From NCBI GenBank assembly GCA_047947115.1, contig CP170459.1, forward strand, positions 192,001-256,000: a DNA stretch of 64,000 bases. Reading direction: 5' to 3'. The position numbers were made by a program, and so were the translations under genes. Origin of the DNA: Verrucomicrobiota bacterium (GTDB lineage: Bacteria > Verrucomicrobiota > Verrucomicrobiia > Limisphaerales > AAA164-E04). Below the pieces are notes generated by a model. The model was not told where the DNA came from, did no database searches, and worked only from the letters and a program-made list of their open reading frames with translations. Of the stretch, positions 61,000 to 64,000 are shown piece after piece; within the stretch, counting starts at the first letter, position 1, and each line of letters opens with the position of its first letter.

Positions 61000-61980
61000 C
61001 TATTCATCCTCGCTGGTTGTTTCGACTTCCAGCAGCTGACGGTTGGAATCGTCGTGCGGATCATCGGGACGATAGTAATCGCGCCATAACCAGCGCAGCA
61101 TTTCGGGCATCATGGCTCCTCCCTGTTTGTTGGAGTGGGTGCCGATGCCCCAGCAATAGTTGACGTCGTAACCCTTCTCGGTGAGGGCATCGACCATTTT
61201 CCGGTTTTGAGTATGCCAGTCCCATTTGGGATCATACTGCCCACCGCGCCTTCTACCACGGTTGTCGTTCAATCCATCCTGAAGAAAGATTCGGATGGGT
61301 TTCTTTTCCGACTCCCGCACCAGGTCGGGATAAACATGACCACCCCGGATGTTCGTAAAACTCCCGATGGTGCTGATCACCTTGCGAAACGCATCCGGCC
61401 GGTGCCATGCCACGGTGAAGGCACAGATGGCACCCGAACTGGCGCCACTGATGGCCCGGTCTTCCGGGTTATCGGAGATGTTGTAATCCTTTTTCAAAGC
61501 CGGAATCAACTCATCCACGATCATGCGGGCATAGTTGTCATTCAGCTCGTTGTATTCGGTGGGGCGATTGTTGATGCGATCCCCCCAGTCACTGGAGGAT
61601 GATTCCTTCTGATGCGGCAGGCGACCCGGATTGATGAACACCCCGATGGTCACCGGCATTTCGCGGCGGTAGATCAGGTTATCGAAGACATTTGGAATGC
61701 GATACGAGCCGTCCAGACTGACGAAGGCATGACCGTCCTGAAACACCATGAGCCGGGCGGGTTTCGAGCCATCGTATTGAGCGGGCACATAGACCCAGTA
61801 GTTGCGTGTCGTGTTCGGGAAGACCTCGCTGGCATGGGTCAATGGCCCGATGACTTTGCCCTTCGGAACACCTTCCTGGGGCAATGAGTCCGGACTAAGT
61901 TTATAGACATCATCCAGAGGGCCGGCCAATGTGGAGACCATCCAGGCGCATCCGAGCGCGACACAAAGAATTCGCTTCAT
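61000..61980 (-). CDS. Secreted Fes/enterochelin-esterase-like alpha/beta hydrolase
   Basis: [20 protein letters not shown]. Confidence 0.85.
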   Translation of the reverse strand: MKRILCVALGCAWMVSTLAGPLDDVYKLSPDSLPQEGVPKGKVIGPLTHASEVFPNTTRNYWVYVPAQYDGSKPARLMVFQDGHAFVSLDGSYRIPNVFDNLIYRREMPVTIGVFINPGRLPHQKESSSSDWGDRINNRPTEYNELNDNYARMIVDELIPALKKDYNISDNPEDRAISGASSGAICAFTVAWHRPDAFRKVISTIGSFTNIRGGHVYPDLVRESEKKPIRIFLQDGLNDNRGRRRGGQYDPKWDWHTQNRKMVDALTEKGYDVNYCWGIGTHSNKQGGAMMPEMLRWLWRDYYRPDDPHDDSNRQLLEVETTSEDE

Positions 61981-62021
61981 GATTTTCTGATACATCATCA
62001 ATGAATAGGATTGGGTTGAAT

Positions 62022-63239
62022 TTATGATTTGGACAGGCATATCAAATGACCGACATCATTGCGCACGTAGATGCGTTGATTGGCAAAAACAGGCGTGGTC
62101 CAGCAGGTGGAGTCCAGGACCTTTTTGCGTGAGACTTCCTTGAACGCCAGTTTATTAATATCCGTCACGGCCAGTTCGCCGGCTTCATTGAGGGACAGAA
62201 TGTGATCCCCCACCCCAATGGTGTTTCCAAAACCGAATCCGTCTTTGGTCCAGAGAATATTGCCCGAACTCAAGTCAGCCGCAAACAAGCGGCTGTTGCG
62301 GTTGCCCTGTTTGCCATCGATCCCGTAAATCACGCCACCCGCGATCACGCTGTTGTTCATCGCGTTTTTGATTTCCTTGGTATTCCAAACGGATGACAGT
62401 GCGGCACCATCAAAGGCCAGCAATTCGGAATTCATATTGCCGGAGACAAAGATGCGGTTACCATGATCAAGCACCACGGGTGTTGTGGCCTGCATGTTGA
62501 ATTGGGCTTTCCAGGGATGCCGTGCCAATTCCTTGCCATCGACGGATTGAAGGATGCTCAACCCTGCACCATCCAGTGCAGCGATATACTCTTTGGAATT
62601 TCGTTTGAAAACAACCGGGGTTGTGTAGCCCACCTGATTTTCGTCGGAAGTCACCCAAAGGGTATCGCCGGTAGCGGCATCAATGGCGGCGGTTTTGCCT
62701 GCAGCCACATAGATGTGACCATCGTGCAAGACAGGAGAACTGGCGAAGCCCCAGTTGGGCACCTTGACGCCCAGGACTTCCACGAGGTTCACCTTCCAGT
62801 TTGTCGAACCATCCGCGACTTTCAAACTGTGAAGTTGTCCATCTTTGCTCAGCACAAAGACGCGACTGCCGTCAAAGGTCGGGGTCGCATTCGGGCCGCC
62901 TTTGTGCATCCGTGGAAGGAGTTCGGCTTCGTAGGAGTAATGCCATTTTTCCTTACCGGTATTGGCATCCAGGCAATAAACCGTCTCCTTTCCTTCAGCA
63001 TCATGCCCCATTGCAAATGCCAGGCCTTCCGCAACCGTAATGGAGGCATACCCCACCCCGATCTGCTTTTCCCAGGCCACTGAATAATGGGAAAGGTCCG
63101 GAGCGAATCCCTCACCTGCGACTTGATTACTGCCTTCGGGTCCCAGCCACTGGGGCCAGTCTTCCGCCTTGCTCGTATTCGAAAACAAGCCTGTCGCCAA
63201 ACACATGCCGACGGCCAATACTGGAATGTTCTTCTTCAT
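62022..63239 (-). CDS. Secreted PQQ-like beta-propeller protein
   Basis: [30 protein letters not shown]. Confidence 0.85.
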   Translation of the reverse strand: MKKNIPVLAVGMCLATGLFSNTSKAEDWPQWLGPEGSNQVAGEGFAPDLSHYSVAWEKQIGVGYASITVAEGLAFAMGHDAEGKETVYCLDANTGKEKWHYSYEAELLPRMHKGGPNATPTFDGSRVFVLSKDGQLHSLKVADGSTNWKVNLVEVLGVKVPNWGFASSPVLHDGHIYVAAGKTAAIDAATGDTLWVTSDENQVGYTTPVVFKRNSKEYIAALDGAGLSILQSVDGKELARHPWKAQFNMQATTPVVLDHGNRIFVSGNMNSELLAFDGAALSSVWNTKEIKNAMNNSVIAGGVIYGIDGKQGNRNSRLFAADLSSGNILWTKDGFGFGNTIGVGDHILSLNEAGELAVTDINKLAFKEVSRKKVLDSTCWTTPVFANQRIYVRNDVGHLICLSKS

Positions 63240-63270
63240 CTTGAATGTTTCTTCAGGTTGATATGGATGA

Positions 63271-63942
63271 CTACACATCGGCGGGAGTCCAGCCAAGATA
63301 CACATCGAACCTGGCGGCCAGTTCACCGATTTTGGAATTCGGGATGGGTTCAAAAGGAATGGTCACGTTTGCCTGTTGTTTCGGATCGGTGATTCGTTTC
63401 CAAATACCGTCCTTGGGATTTTGTTCATGCCCTTTGATGTAGCATTGCGTGGTCAACAGCTCTTTGCCTTGACGTTTCACCTTGAAGTGGATGTGCGGCG
63501 TGCGTCCGGGATAAGGAACCGGTTTGATGGTGCGAAACACATACTCGCCGGTTGAACCGGTCAGGAAACGACCGAAACACTGGAAGTTGGTATCGCGTCG
63601 TTTCAGGTCGTCGCCACTGCCCGAGTGATAATACACACCTTTGGCATCACACTGCCAGATTTCGACCAGGGCGTTGCGGACAGGTTCCCCCCGGCCATCC
63701 AGGATACGACCGCTCAACCAGGTCACTTCCCCGATACCGGGAGTGGTTTGATCATTGATGATCAACAGATCGTTATCGGTGTCCAAAGGCAGAGTGTCGG
63801 GATAAAACGGTCCTTCGGTTTGCTTGGGTGTGCGAACCAGTTCCTCGGCAAAGAGTCCGGGAACCTGCCAAAGTGCGGCGCCCAGGGCGGTGGTTTTCAA
63901 GAATTGGCGGCGAGTGTGGATGTGAAAGGGTTGTAGATTCAT
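63271..63942 (-). CDS. Tat-exported intradiol ring-cleavage dioxygenase-like protein
   Basis: TRRQFLK leader, EGPFYP, VEIWQCD..GVY, PYPGRTPHIH. Confidence 0.9.
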   Translation of the reverse strand: MNLQPFHIHTRRQFLKTTALGAALWQVPGLFAEELVRTPKQTEGPFYPDTLPLDTDNDLLIINDQTTPGIGEVTWLSGRILDGRGEPVRNALVEIWQCDAKGVYYHSGSGDDLKRRDTNFQCFGRFLTGSTGEYVFRTIKPVPYPGRTPHIHFKVKRQGKELLTTQCYIKGHEQNPKDGIWKRITDPKQQANVTIPFEPIPNSKIGELAARFDVYLGWTPADV

Positions 63943-64000
63943 AACGGTTTGTTTCGTGTGAAAAGAGACGATGACTAAGGGTTCAATTAAAAGACAACTT

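Overview
Bacterial chromosomal window, most likely from a Verrucomicrobiota (Pedosphaerales-like) or other PVC-superphylum heterotroph. This is inferred from the DUF1592/DUF1552 and PSD1/DUF1501 cytochrome pairs, four WxQW-type beta-propellers, a sulfatase and a prepilin-like H-X9-DG protein. Core genes include two tandem thymidylate-kinase-like genes, hslR, dxs, xseB, cspA, tRNA-Gly(TCC), pyrC, bioB, dtd, pgpA, pgsA and a cyclophilin-FKBP fusion. The most system-like locus is an Fe-S assembly operon (21.2-28.5 kb): Fur/PerR-family regulator with a perfect 7-1-7 operator, sufB-sufC-sufD, long sufT, sufS, a CxxC-domain/Cys-less rhodanese fusion and an IscU-type scaffold, with no sufE or sufA. 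Non-coding DNA holds two families of REP-like hairpin doublets (GTAG and GGAG types; one 223-bp tandem array), a ~175-nt rod-like ncRNA candidate at 7.9-8.1 kb, and several promoters 6-8 nt from the start codon (leaderless-type). A decayed island between cspA and tRNA-Gly contains an ISL3 inserted in a beta-helix gene (8-bp target duplication), a truncated IS21, toxin-antitoxin remnants and a tRNA 3'-end repeat. All calls come from reading motifs by eye; no database searches or folding programs were run.
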